From assembly GCA_041752275.1 (NCBI GenBank), contig JBGSHK010000015.1, forward strand, positions 64,641 to 128,640: 64,000 bases of DNA. Direction: 5' to 3'. This document shows positions 30,737-39,404 of the stretch, one piece after another. Positions within the stretch are counted from its first letter, which is position 1. Every line of letters starts with the position of its first letter. This DNA comes from Minisyncoccia bacterium. GTDB lineage: Bacteria; Patescibacteriota; Minisyncoccia; Phycocordibacterales; CAIZLB01. The notes beneath the pieces are model-generated. The model searched no databases. It was not told where the DNA came from and worked only from the letters and a program-made list of their open reading frames with translations. A program made the translations under genes and the position numbers.

Positions 30737-31312
30737 ATGAAAAACATTATTACATTCGTTTCTTTCCTCTTTTTCACCATTACCGGTGTGAAGGCATCGG
30801 CTACTTTGACCTTCATTGGAGAAGGATGGTTTACTCAAAACCAAAGAAACTTTATTTCAACTGAAAACGGATATCAGTACTCTGCGACTGATTGGTACTC
30901 CCAAAACACACCAAGGAATACAGCGGTTATTGAATTCAACATCAACAACTATCAAAATTTCTGGAACGTTCAATTTGGTGCACCGACAGGACAAGTTTTA
31001 ACACTTGGAACCTATTATAATGCTACAAAATATACTCCCGGCCATACTCAACCATTCATGAATCTTTATGGCGGAGGTAGAGCATGGTCAGAAATAAATG
31101 GATGGTTTAACATCCTGGAAATTGAATGGGGTACTAATAATGTTGTTACCAAACTCGCAGTCGATTTTGGAATATTTCAAAACCCCATCTCTTGGGCCGA
31201 AGGATCAGTTCGTATGAACTCCAATATACCGATCCCATCCATCCCAGAACCCGGAGCTCCAATCATGTCAGCCATCAGCCTAACTCTCCTCTCATGGAGA
31301 CGTGGCCGTTAA
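30737..31312 (+). CDS. secreted protein with PEP-CTERM-like C-terminal sorting signal
   Basis: Signal peptide (MKNIITFVSFLFFTITGVKASA); the C-terminus ...IPSIPEPGAPIMSAISLTLLSWRRGR is a PEP motif plus a hydrophobic helix plus a basic tail; GC (~42%) is higher than the surroundings. Confidence 0.5.
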   Translation: MKNIITFVSFLFFTITGVKASATLTFIGEGWFTQNQRNFISTENGYQYSATDWYSQNTPRNTAVIEFNINNYQNFWNVQFGAPTGQVLTLGTYYNATKYTPGHTQPFMNLYGGGRAWSEINGWFNILEIEWGTNNVVTKLAVDFGIFQNPISWAEGSVRMNSNIPIPSIPEPGAPIMSAISLTLLSWRRGR

Positions 31313-31376
31313 CAAACAACAATTCTCTCGTACATACCCCCGTGGTGTGTACGAGAATTTTTTTATTTATATATTT

Positions 31377-32153
31377 TTAATACAAAATAACAAGTATCAA
31401 AATAGCCAACACTATCCTATACCAACCAAAAAAACTCAAAGATATGCGTGTTAAATATTTTCTCAAAATAAACAAAGTTATAAATCCAGAAATAAAAGCT
31501 AAAACAAAACCAAGTATCAACTCATTATAATTATAAAGTGTCTGAAAAATATCCCTAGACTTATATGCATCATATAAAACAGCTGCACCTAAAGTCGGCA
31601 ATGCTAATATAAATGTATACTCAATAATGACTGACTTTTTAATACCCCTAAAAACACCAGCTATGATAGTAGCCCCTGAACGAGATACACCTGGAATAAT
31701 AGCTACTGCCTGTGCAAGACCTACAATAAAAGCATCTTTCATACTTAGTGTATCTTTTTGTTTCTGTATATTTACTTCTTTCTTTAAAAATACTTTTTCT
31801 ATATAGATAAATATAACGCCACCTAGTATAAGCATAGAAGCCATCAAAAGAATATTGCCTTCTAAAAGTTGTTTAAACATTTTATAAAAAATAAAACCAA
31901 CAACCGCTGAGGGAATAAAACTAACAACTATGTTTGTAAAAAGTTTTTTATCTGTAAATATTTTTTTAGCGAAAAGTGATGCTCCGGCAAGTAAAGCACC
32001 GAGCTGTATAAATAGTAAATAAAACTTTACATAAGAATCAGTCAAATCAATAGAGCTAAGTTTTGAAAAAATAATGAGATGGGCAGTGGACGATATGGGT
32101 AGAAACTCTGTGAGTCCTTCTAGTATAGATATGAGTAGTAGATTTGTATTCAT
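31377..32153 (-). CDS. uppP: undecaprenyl-diphosphatase (UppP/BacA)
   Basis: EGLTEFLPISSTAHL motif and a polytopic membrane profile; start trimmed to the internal MNTNLLLIS. Confidence 0.8.
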   Translation of the reverse strand: MNTNLLLISILEGLTEFLPISSTAHLIIFSKLSSIDLTDSYVKFYLLFIQLGALLAGASLFAKKIFTDKKLFTNIVVSFIPSAVVGFIFYKMFKQLLEGNILLMASMLILGGVIFIYIEKVFLKKEVNIQKQKDTLSMKDAFIVGLAQAVAIIPGVSRSGATIIAGVFRGIKKSVIIEYTFILALPTLGAAVLYDAYKSRDIFQTLYNYNELILGFVLAFISGFITLFILRKYLTRISLSFFGWYRIVLAILILVILY

Positions 32154-32223
32154 AAAATATATGATATCACAAAAACAAAAAACACCACTTTCATGATGTC
32201 TTTTATTTTCCAACTCTCTTAAC

Positions 32224-32649
32224 TTAGTCTATAACCTCAACCCCAAGTGATGCACATGTTCCTTCGATCATCTTTATAGCTCCGGCAAGGTCGAATGCAT
32301 TCATATCAACCATCTTTCTTTCTGCAATCTCTTTAACTTGAGCTTTTGTGATCTTACCTGCCTTCTTTGAGTTTGGTGTACCTGAACCTTTTTCTAGACC
32401 GATAGCCTTTTTAACCATCTCAGCTGCTGGAGGTGTTTTCATGATAAAGTCAAAACTTCTATCATCATATACACTTATAACAACAGGAATAGTGTTTCCT
32501 GCCATAGCTTGTGTTGCATCGTTAAATCTCTTTACGAAATCTCCGATGTTAACACCAGCAGGTCCAAGAGCTGTACCAATAGGTGGTGCAGGTGTTGCTT
32601 TTGCTGCTGCAATCTGTAGTTTTATTATTTTTGTTACTTTTTTTGCCAT
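32224..32649 (-). CDS. rplK: 50S ribosomal protein L11
   Basis: [35 protein letters not shown] matches L11; 141 aa. Confidence 0.9.
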   Translation of the reverse strand: MAKKVTKIIKLQIAAAKATPAPPIGTALGPAGVNIGDFVKRFNDATQAMAGNTIPVVISVYDDRSFDFIMKTPPAAEMVKKAIGLEKGSGTPNSKKAGKITKAQVKEIAERKMVDMNAFDLAGAIKMIEGTCASLGVEVID

Positions 32650-32696
32650 ATTTTTTAGTTTATTTTTGCGAATCTATTTGTACGATTGATAATAGC

Positions 32697-33239
32697 TTAT
32701 TTTTTCTTTACTTGCAAGAAGTCTAGTTCTACCGGTATTTCTCTGTCAAACATAGAAACAAGTACTATAAGCTTACCTTTTTCTTGATCTATCTTAGATA
32801 CCTTGCCATCTGAGTCTTTAAAAGGACCATCAACTATAGAAACATATTCATCCAAACGAACATCTAGATTGTGTATAAGGTTATCTCCTTTCATGTTTGT
32901 AAATATAGCCGCCAACTCAGTATCTGTTACAGGAACCGGGATGTTGCCTGAACCAACAAAACCTGTAACACGTGGTGTGTTACGAACGTTAAACCATGTT
33001 TCGTCATTAACAATCATTTCAACCAAAACATAACCGGGATAAATCTTTTCATCTTCCTCTATTCTTTTACCTGACTTGATTTTTATAACTTTTTTTGTTG
33101 GTATAAGTACATTAAATATTTTATCTTCAAGCCCTAAAGACTCTATACGCTGCTTAAGATTTCTTACAACAGCATTTTCATAACCAGAATATGTTTGTAT
33201 TGCATACCAATTTCTTTCTTTTTCTATTTGTTTTGCCAT
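32697..33239 (-). CDS. nusG: transcription termination/antitermination factor NusG
   Basis: NGN domain (NWYAIQTYSGYENAV) and a C-terminal KOW motif (GPFKDSDGKVSKIDQEKGKLIVLVSMF). Confidence 0.85.
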   Translation of the reverse strand: MAKQIEKERNWYAIQTYSGYENAVVRNLKQRIESLGLEDKIFNVLIPTKKVIKIKSGKRIEEDEKIYPGYVLVEMIVNDETWFNVRNTPRVTGFVGSGNIPVPVTDTELAAIFTNMKGDNLIHNLDVRLDEYVSIVDGPFKDSDGKVSKIDQEKGKLIVLVSMFDREIPVELDFLQVKKK

Positions 33240-33264
33240 ATATTTTAATTAAATTTTAAAATTA

Positions 33265-33441
33265 TTAAAGAATTATTGATAATAATCTGGCAAAAAATGC
33301 ATCTAATGCTCCTAAATATATAGCTAGTAAAAAAGAAAGTGTAGTTACTACAACTGTGTAGCCTATAACTTGTTTTTTTGTTGGCCATTTTATTTTTTTT
33401 GTTTCAAAACTTACTTCTTTTATATAAGATATGATGGACAT
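33265..33441 (-). CDS. secE: preprotein translocase subunit SecE
   Basis: 58-aa ORF below the ORF-track cutoff (MSIISYIKEVSFETKKIKWPTKKQVIGYTVVVTTLSFLLAIYLGALDAFFARLLSIIL); KWPT motif plus a single TM; lies immediately upstream of nusG in the conserved order. Confidence 0.7.
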   Translation of the reverse strand: MSIISYIKEVSFETKKIKWPTKKQVIGYTVVVTTLSFLLAIYLGALDAFFARLLSIIL

Positions 33442-33535
33442 GTTTTTATTATATTATTTATTTATTATTTATCAAACTATTTTTCAATTTTAAAACGCTC
33501 TTTGGGAGCGCTTTAAAGATAAATATTATATTAGA

Positions 33536-34432
33536 CTATTTGATTGAATATGTCAATGTAACATTTGACACAATCTTCTCCTGACCTGGAGTTAACTCAG
33601 GTGCCCGAGGTGCAGACTCTGCTTTAACACTTCTTGTATTCATAGTGTCATAACCGGCACCGCTATACATAGGATATATAGATGAAGCATTATCTGAGAA
33701 ACTAGCTAACTCATCTAAACCAACACCTAAATCTTTAGCTAACTTCTTTGCATCCTCTTTAGCATTTTTTATAGCTTGCTCTCTTATGTTTTTTTGAACA
33801 GACTCTATATCATATACTGTAAAATTAAATCCATCGGCTTTTATATTTTGTGCAGATAATTCACTTATAATCTTTGTTCTTTGATCATTATTTGCATTTT
33901 TTTCTATATCACGAACTTTTACTGACATTGTTTGAGTTAATATTTGCCCTACTATTTTAGAGTTAGAAACTTCACATGGTGCTATTGTTTTTTGAATACC
34001 ACCCTCCATCATTGCGGGATACGCACAAGGTTGTGATACGTTTTCATATTTATCACTTACATAATAACTTTCTAGTTTTATATTTTCTTTCTCTATGCCG
34101 TTAGCAACAAGTGTTGCTATAGCTTTTTCTGCTTTAGCCTTAGCAAGAGATGTTACAGTAGATATATCTTTACCTTCCTCCATAATAGTTATGTTAAAAG
34201 TTAAAGTATCCGGTATAACATACTCCTCTGCTTTTCCGTTTACGCTTATATAGTTTATGTTGTTAGTATTTTCAAAAGAAACAGCTTGTTTATATGTTAA
34301 TACTGTTTTTGCTATAAGAAACAATGCAATAAAGACCAAGATCAATGTTGCAAGATTTTTTCTTAAATTATTTGATTGTACAAATTCTATTATGTTATTT
34401 TGATCTATTATATTATTTTGTGTATTCTTCAT
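33536..34432 (-). CDS. SIMPL/DUF541-like secreted protein
   Basis: N-terminal TM or signal; the central region resembles the SIMPL domain (GKAEEYVIPDTLTFNITIMEEGKDIS...KAKAEKAIATLVANGIEKENIKLESYYV). Confidence 0.35.
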   Translation of the reverse strand: MKNTQNNIIDQNNIIEFVQSNNLRKNLATLILVFIALFLIAKTVLTYKQAVSFENTNNINYISVNGKAEEYVIPDTLTFNITIMEEGKDISTVTSLAKAKAEKAIATLVANGIEKENIKLESYYVSDKYENVSQPCAYPAMMEGGIQKTIAPCEVSNSKIVGQILTQTMSVKVRDIEKNANNDQRTKIISELSAQNIKADGFNFTVYDIESVQKNIREQAIKNAKEDAKKLAKDLGVGLDELASFSDNASSIYPMYSGAGYDTMNTRSVKAESAPRAPELTPGQEKIVSNVTLTYSIK

Positions 34433-34496
34433 GATTTTATTATATCACCGATTCTAGTAAGTTTTCAATCAAACCAAACACGGCGGATTTTATTAA

Positions 34497-35063
34497 TTAT
34501 TTAAAAAATTTAAAATCGACGTATTTAGTTATTCTATAATATATTTTAACTGATAAAAAAGCAGAAAAGGCACCTAACAATATGCCGAAAAATATATCTT
34601 TATATGTATGGACTTGTAACACCAATCTTGTAAAACTAACCAGTAATGCTATAGATACAAACAATGTAGAATGTAGATAATTTAAAAACCAGTGATTGTG
34701 ATCTTTAAAATATTTGAATAATATAAAGATAACCGAAAAACAAAACGCAAAAATCATAGCAGTATGTCCTGAAGGAAAACTATATCCCGTTTCCCAAACA
34801 AGCATGTTTTCTGGTCTAAGTATCCTAAATATTGATTTTGAGACTGCGGATAAAATACCTCCCAGAAGTACAGCTGATGACATTATCACAACCCCTTTAA
34901 TATTGTTTGGGCAGTTAACGCTTAATATTTCTCTGTACTTAATGCCTTTTATATTTAAATATAGAAATGAAACTGCAAGCATGAATACACAAAACATCAC
35001 TAAAACTTCAGGAGAAAATGTGTTCGTAATATATATTGATAATTTTATGAGATAGTCTGGCAT
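34497..35063 (-). CDS. PAP2-family (type 2 phosphatidic acid phosphatase-like) membrane phosphatase
   Basis: PAP2 motifs KxxxxxxRP (KSIFRILRPEN), PSGH (SFPSGHTA) and SRxxxxxHxxxD (TRLVLQVHTYKD). Confidence 0.7.
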   Translation of the reverse strand: MPDYLIKLSIYITNTFSPEVLVMFCVFMLAVSFLYLNIKGIKYREILSVNCPNNIKGVVIMSSAVLLGGILSAVSKSIFRILRPENMLVWETGYSFPSGHTAMIFAFCFSVIFILFKYFKDHNHWFLNYLHSTLFVSIALLVSFTRLVLQVHTYKDIFFGILLGAFSAFLSVKIYYRITKYVDFKFFK

Positions 35064-35067
35064 GATT

Positions 35068-35649
35068 TTATTCAGTCATTTCTTTTTCGTTTTTAATAAT
35101 ATTTCCACTATGGCTTATAACTCCTTGCTTGATCAAAAAATCTGAAAGTTTGTTTGCCAAGTTTTTATCTATAAGAGGAATAAGATTTGTTTTTTCATCT
35201 TCAAAATTATCAAGTCTTGATGTTGTTATATCAAGTTTAGATAAACCAAATAATCTATAGTGATAAGGTCTATCTATATCTACGTTTTGTATATGTCTAT
35301 ATGGTATAACTTTTTCTTTTACCATAAATATTCCTCTTCTTATATGAAAAGAATGTTCCCCTAATAAAAACTTATGTTGTATATGCATTTCAAAAGCTGA
35401 GACAAAAATAAGAATAATAATACTCAAAAGAAGTGAAATAAACCAAAGGTTTAACATACCTACAGTAACAATGGTATTGAAACCGGACCACCATGTGTAG
35501 AAACTATCTGTGTTTATAAGATATATAATAGAAGAAAACAAAATAATCCATAAAAAGGGTTTAAGTCCATTTTTTAACATTAAAAAAAAGAAAACCTGTT
35601 TACCAAAAGTATACTTTTTATTTAAAACTAATTCTTCTTGTTTTTTCAT
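35068..35649 (-). CDS. membrane protein with bacterial PH (bPH_2/DUF304, YdbS-like) domain
   Basis: Two TMs followed by a bPH_2-like segment (HIRRGIFMVKEKVIPYRHIQNVDIDRPYHYRLFGLSKLDITTS); the first 16 codons of the tracked ORF are a read-through of the adjacent tRNA and were trimmed. Confidence 0.5.
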   Translation of the reverse strand: MKKQEELVLNKKYTFGKQVFFFLMLKNGLKPFLWIILFSSIIYLINTDSFYTWWSGFNTIVTVGMLNLWFISLLLSIIILIFVSAFEMHIQHKFLLGEHSFHIRRGIFMVKEKVIPYRHIQNVDIDRPYHYRLFGLSKLDITTSRLDNFEDEKTNLIPLIDKNLANKLSDFLIKQGVISHSGNIIKNEKEMTE

Positions 35650-35650
35650 T

Positions 35651-35733
35651 TGCGCTGGGGGAGATTTGAACTCCCACACCCTTGCGGGCGCTACCACTAA
35701 AAGGTAGTAAGTCTACCTTTTCATTACCTGCGC
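35651..35733 (-). tRNA. type-II (long variable arm) Leu-like tRNA with anticodon UUA (would read UAA/UAG); possible suppressor or pseudo-tRNA
   Basis: Minus strand: acceptor GCGCAGG/CCAGCGC (one A-A mismatch), discriminator A73, Leu-like D-loop AAAAGGTAGA, anticodon stem CTACC/GGTAG with loop TTTTAGT (U33, anticodon 34-36 = TTA), long variable arm CGCCC-GCAA-GGGTG, canonical T-arm GGGAG-TTCAAAT-CTCCC. Confidence 0.45.
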
Positions 35734-35800
35734 ATAGTATAAGGTTACTATAGTTGTATTTGTATATCAAATAGGAATATGATATATTATTTTTACATAA

Positions 35801-35873
35801 GCGCGATTAGCTCAGTTGGTAGAGCAACTCATTTACACTGAGAAGGTCGGGGGTTCAAGTCCCTCATCGCGCA
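35801..35873 (+). tRNA. tRNA-Val (anticodon UAC)
   Basis: Acceptor GCGCGAT/ATCGCGC, D-arm GCTC-AGTTGGTA-GAGC, anticodon loop TTTACAC, T-arm GGGGG-TTCAAGT-CCCTC, discriminator A. Confidence 0.8.
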
Positions 35874-35880
35874 CAAACAG

Positions 35881-35909
35881 AAAAAAGCCCACTAGGGCTT
35901 TTTTATTTT
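35881..35909 (+). terminator. rho-independent terminator after tRNA-Val (a second hairpin at 35918-35942)
   Basis: aaaaaagccc-acta-gggctttttt, followed by gcgcc-cgac-ggcgc-tttt. Confidence 0.55.
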
Positions 35910-35944
35910 GAAGCGATAAAAAGCGCCCGACGGCGCTTTTGTGT

Positions 35945-36030
35945 GGGACTTGAAAAGCTTTCCCTTATTTTTGAGAATCTTGATTCGAAAAAATGGGAAA
36001 GGTATACTGACCGTGTAACGGTCAAGTCCC
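35945..36030 (+). repeat. structured repeat element, copy A (T-arm-mimicking closing helix specific for tRNA-Val)
   Basis: gggacttga...tcaagtccc closing helix; the 3' strand equals the T-loop/T-stem of tRNA-Val 75 nt upstream. Conserved core CGAAAAGC-stem-TTTTGAG-...-CGAAAAA-stem-GGTATACTGA-hairpin(TGTAA loop). Confidence 0.6.
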
Positions 36031-36099
36031 CAATAAAGTACAAAAAAACAGAGCTCCTGAGAGCTCCATTTTTCTAAGTTAAAATATTTTCTCTAATAT

Positions 36100-36780
36100 C
36101 TATTGCAAACGTACACATTTTGCACGAGCAGCATAATCTATAGCATCTTTACCTGTGGCTTGTATTACATAATCTAAATCTGTGCCAGCATTTTTTAAAA
36201 AAGTATATACATTTGCAGGATCATCATAGGCAACTGTACTGGACCAATATGTAGCTGTACCATCAGTAAAATTAAAACCTAAAGTATTTCCAGGGTTACC
36301 TGAAATATATCCACTTAACAATTCTGATATAGTTGGAAGTCTCCAATCTGTATCACCACCTTCAGATAGACCATTACAAAAAGTTGTAGCTTCAAACCAA
36401 TCAACTACTTCATCTACATGTTGCCCTGACGCCCATTCCAAACTTGTTGTTGTTGATAAAGTTCCATTAACTCCAAATATACTTGTTCCTGTAGCAATGT
36501 TTGTCGATATAATATCAGGATTTTCAGCACTTAATAAATTGTATATTTCAGTGAGTGTTCTAAATGAAGCTACGGCAGATCCTGGTGTTGTAAAAGGTGA
36601 AGAAGTTGCATTTGGTGTAGCTGAAAAATTTACTAACTTATTATAAATATCATTTAATGAATATTGAGTATCGTCACCAATGGTTCCTGATGGTGTAAGT
36701 GATCCAATAGCATTTGCAATTTGTGATCCAATAGATACTGTTAGTACTAGTATTAAGATTGTGATTAAAGTTTTTTTCAT
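36100..36780 (-). CDS. secreted protein with C-terminal DUF1566 (Lcl C-terminal-like) domain
   Basis: Signal peptide; the C-terminal region contains a DWRLPTISELLSGY-type motif characteristic of DUF1566. Confidence 0.45.
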   Translation of the reverse strand: MKKTLITILILVLTVSIGSQIANAIGSLTPSGTIGDDTQYSLNDIYNKLVNFSATPNATSSPFTTPGSAVASFRTLTEIYNLLSAENPDIISTNIATGTSIFGVNGTLSTTTSLEWASGQHVDEVVDWFEATTFCNGLSEGGDTDWRLPTISELLSGYISGNPGNTLGFNFTDGTATYWSSTVAYDDPANVYTFLKNAGTDLDYVIQATGKDAIDYAARAKCVRLQ

Positions 36781-36797
36781 TTTTTATTTTTTAAGTA

Positions 36798-37571
36798 TTA
36801 ATTTTTAAGTAATAATTTTTCAACAAAACCTTTGGTAATTGGTCCATACATACCAACGGAAGGTTTTATGTTATTTTCAATCTGAAATTTTATTAAAGCT
36901 TTTTTTGTTAAAGATCCAAATTTATTAGTTTCAAAACCAGGTGATCCTGGACCGGTTTTTGATAATATAAAACCTTGTGAATTTAGAAACTGTTGTAACC
37001 ATTTAACATCTTCACCTTTCATATTTAAACATAAAGTTCTTTTAATGTTTGGTATTTTTATTTTACTAGATTTTAAATGAATATCTAAAGTTGTTGAACT
37101 ACTTCTTAAAAGTACATCTGGTATAACTGTAGGAGTAGACCCTCCTGACCAACTTGATCCAGCGGGTAAAATAGGGGGTGCGGGAGGTGGTGGTGTAGTT
37201 GATGGCCAAGTTGTTGTTACATTTGTACCATTTTCAAATGATAACCATCCAGTGTTGTCATTGTAGGCATAACCTTTAAAAGAAAAACTTTGTATTGAAA
37301 CATTTGAAAAATCAAACCAGCCCACTGATTCACTCCAGGCATAACCCCCTAATACACCATTTGTATTTGTAACGCCATCTAAAACTAACCATCCGGTGTT
37401 GTCGTTGTAGGCATAACCTGTAACCGCAGTGTCTGCTACAGTGACATTTGAAAAATCAAACCATCCTACTGATTCACTCCATGCATAACCTGTAGTGTTA
37501 GCAGCGAAAACTGGAGCTGTTATTAACATAAATAAAATAAGAAAACACTTCTTCATAATTTGATTATACAT
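36798..37571 (-). CDS. secreted cell-wall-associated protein: two tandem ~45-aa repeats, Pro-rich linker, C-terminal peptidoglycan-binding domain
   Basis: Signal peptide; a duplicated GYAWSESVGWFDFSNV...GYAYNDNTGWL unit; TTPPPPAPPILP linker; C-terminal PG_binding_1-like segment (GEDVKWLQQFLNSQGF...LIKFQIENNIKPSVGMYGPIT). Confidence 0.5.
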   Translation of the reverse strand: MYNQIMKKCFLILFMLITAPVFAANTTGYAWSESVGWFDFSNVTVADTAVTGYAYNDNTGWLVLDGVTNTNGVLGGYAWSESVGWFDFSNVSIQSFSFKGYAYNDNTGWLSFENGTNVTTTWPSTTPPPPAPPILPAGSSWSGGSTPTVIPDVLLRSSSTTLDIHLKSSKIKIPNIKRTLCLNMKGEDVKWLQQFLNSQGFILSKTGPGSPGFETNKFGSLTKKALIKFQIENNIKPSVGMYGPITKGFVEKLLLKN

Positions 37572-37632
37572 TATATAAAAAATAAAATATAGTTAAAAGA
37601 CTCAAGTAATGATCTAAAACATGAATTTATAC

Positions 37633-38628
37633 TTATTTTAATAGTATTTCGATCCACTCTCCTGAATATTTTTTTAAAAGGTCATATATTTTTACTTTAT
37701 CAGTCTCATTTAACACACTCACCTTAGAACCAACATTTGCAAAAGGAATAATCTTATAATCCACCTTATCTTTATAAACCTCAGCTGAAACCCCTATGCC
37801 ATGCGTCGTGTTAAAAGAAAAATATTGATCAAAAATAAAATTTCCTAAAGAATAAAATATATATTTATCTTTATAAACCTCAGCTGATTGTATAACATGT
37901 GGATGATGACCTATAACAACATCAACTCCTGCATCTATCCAGGCATGAGCTAACTTAACCTGTTTTTTGTTTGGTGTTAGAGCATACTCTGTTCCCCAGT
38001 GTGGGTATATAACAAGATAGTCTACATTGGGTCTCATTTCTTTTATTTTATCTGCTATAAGTTCATCATTTGCATATCCGAACTCATGCCAACCTATAAT
38101 ACCTACACATATACCATTTACACATGTAGATGTTGCCGTGTATGCTGGATTGTTTTTTGGACTTCCGAAATACATCACATCATTTTCTGATAAAATATTT
38201 CTTGTTTGATTTAAACCAGCCTGACCAAAGTTGTCCGTGTGATTATTTGCCAGAGAAACTATATCTATACCAACATTTTTAAGAGCAGGTGCAACTTTCT
38301 GATCAAAAGTAAACTGGAATCCTGATATAGCTTTTCCGGAAGGTAAAACTAGTTTAGATTTGAACGAAGTTATAGGACCTTCTAGGTTAGCGATAGTTAA
38401 ATCATGATTTTGTATAGTTGTAGTGGCTGTGCCAAAAATATTTTCATAACCAATACCATCACCTTTAACTCTTACACCTCTGTCAAACATCATGTCACCT
38501 AGAAACAATACAGAAACTGATTCTTCTTTTTGTATCAAGTTTACAGGAACACCTTTTTCTATATTTGCATCAGAAAAGCCTAAGAATGAAAAGATGGATA
38601 ATATACTTAAAAACATTTGATTCAACAT
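37633..38628 (-). CDS. CapA/PgsA-family metallophosphoesterase (poly-gamma-glutamate capsule synthesis protein-like)
   Basis: Signal peptide; PGA_cap-like motifs (LFLGDMMFDRG, ANNHTDNFG, GHHPHVIQ, GNFIFDQ). Confidence 0.7.
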   Translation of the reverse strand: MLNQMFLSILSIFSFLGFSDANIEKGVPVNLIQKEESVSVLFLGDMMFDRGVRVKGDGIGYENIFGTATTTIQNHDLTIANLEGPITSFKSKLVLPSGKAISGFQFTFDQKVAPALKNVGIDIVSLANNHTDNFGQAGLNQTRNILSENDVMYFGSPKNNPAYTATSTCVNGICVGIIGWHEFGYANDELIADKIKEMRPNVDYLVIYPHWGTEYALTPNKKQVKLAHAWIDAGVDVVIGHHPHVIQSAEVYKDKYIFYSLGNFIFDQYFSFNTTHGIGVSAEVYKDKVDYKIIPFANVGSKVSVLNETDKVKIYDLLKKYSGEWIEILLK

Positions 38629-38651
38629 ATCTTAAGTATAGACTTATCGAG

Positions 38652-39383
38652 CTATTTAACAACCACAGCCTGATCTGTGACACCTGGAACTTTGTTTATG
38701 TTTTCCATAAGTTTTTGTGTTGTCCAATACTCTGCATATTTACCTTTTTGAGAATCATTAAGATAAAATCCTTGTGGATTTTCTATACCGCCCTTAAAAC
38801 CAATAATCAAACGAACATGCTCACCTCTAAAAGCTTTAACATCTACACCCTCTTTTGTTTTCCATGTGTATGGAATTTCTGTATAAGAACTGTATCCCCA
38901 AACAATAACAGGGTTTCCGTTGTCTATTGATTTTGCCAAGAAACTAGGTGTTATGGCTGTACTTGTAGCATACTCGACATCTCGTCCATAACTTTTTATA
39001 GCATTTACAACAGGCATTCCATACACTCCATAACCGCCATTGGGTTTTCCTGCAACATCTACATAACCAACAAATTGTTTTTGAGGATCATCCCATATAT
39101 TGTTGATCCAATCTTTATATGTCGGATTATAGCCAAATCTGCCAAGTAATTGAACATCATTTGTTAAATTAATACCCTTAAAGGCTAAAGCCATACGAAG
39201 TGTAGAGGCTTCACAGCTATTAACATATTGTTGTTTATAGGCAGGAACTTTTAGTTTTATGTCTTTGTAAATTTTTGTATTCACAGTATCTGCAAAAACA
39301 CTTGTTATTCCAGTTATAGAAATAAGTAATAATAAGAATAGTAAGACTTTACTTTTATATAACATATTAGAATATTGTAACAT
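38652..39383 (-). CDS. secreted papain-like C39-like peptidase domain protein
   Basis: Signal peptide; a putative catalytic Cys in VNSCEASTLRMALAFKG and downstream His/Asp candidates, resembling the C39_2/YvpB-like family. Confidence 0.45.
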   Translation of the reverse strand: MLQYSNMLYKSKVLLFLLLLISITGITSVFADTVNTKIYKDIKLKVPAYKQQYVNSCEASTLRMALAFKGINLTNDVQLLGRFGYNPTYKDWINNIWDDPQKQFVGYVDVAGKPNGGYGVYGMPVVNAIKSYGRDVEYATSTAITPSFLAKSIDNGNPVIVWGYSSYTEIPYTWKTKEGVDVKAFRGEHVRLIIGFKGGIENPQGFYLNDSQKGKYAEYWTTQKLMENINKVPGVTDQAVVVK

Positions 39384-39404
39384 TTTTATTTAAAAGTTAA
39401 AAAA

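Noticed and set aside
35651-35733. Reading the tRNA-like gene on the + strand as tRNA-Leu(UAA) (loop ACTAAAA).
   Set aside because: The + orientation has C at position 33, a D-arm without GG and no T-loop. The minus orientation has a canonical TTCAAAT T-loop and U33.
35945-36030. Hammerhead (or other known self-cleaving) ribozyme interpretation of the structured repeat family. It was suggested by CGAAA and ACUGA elements adjacent to helices.
   Set aside because: The hammerhead core CUGAUGA is not conserved (CUGACCG, CUGAAGC, CUGGUCC, CUGAACU) and the helix order does not match any permutation. No twister, pistol or hatchet consensus was recognisable either.
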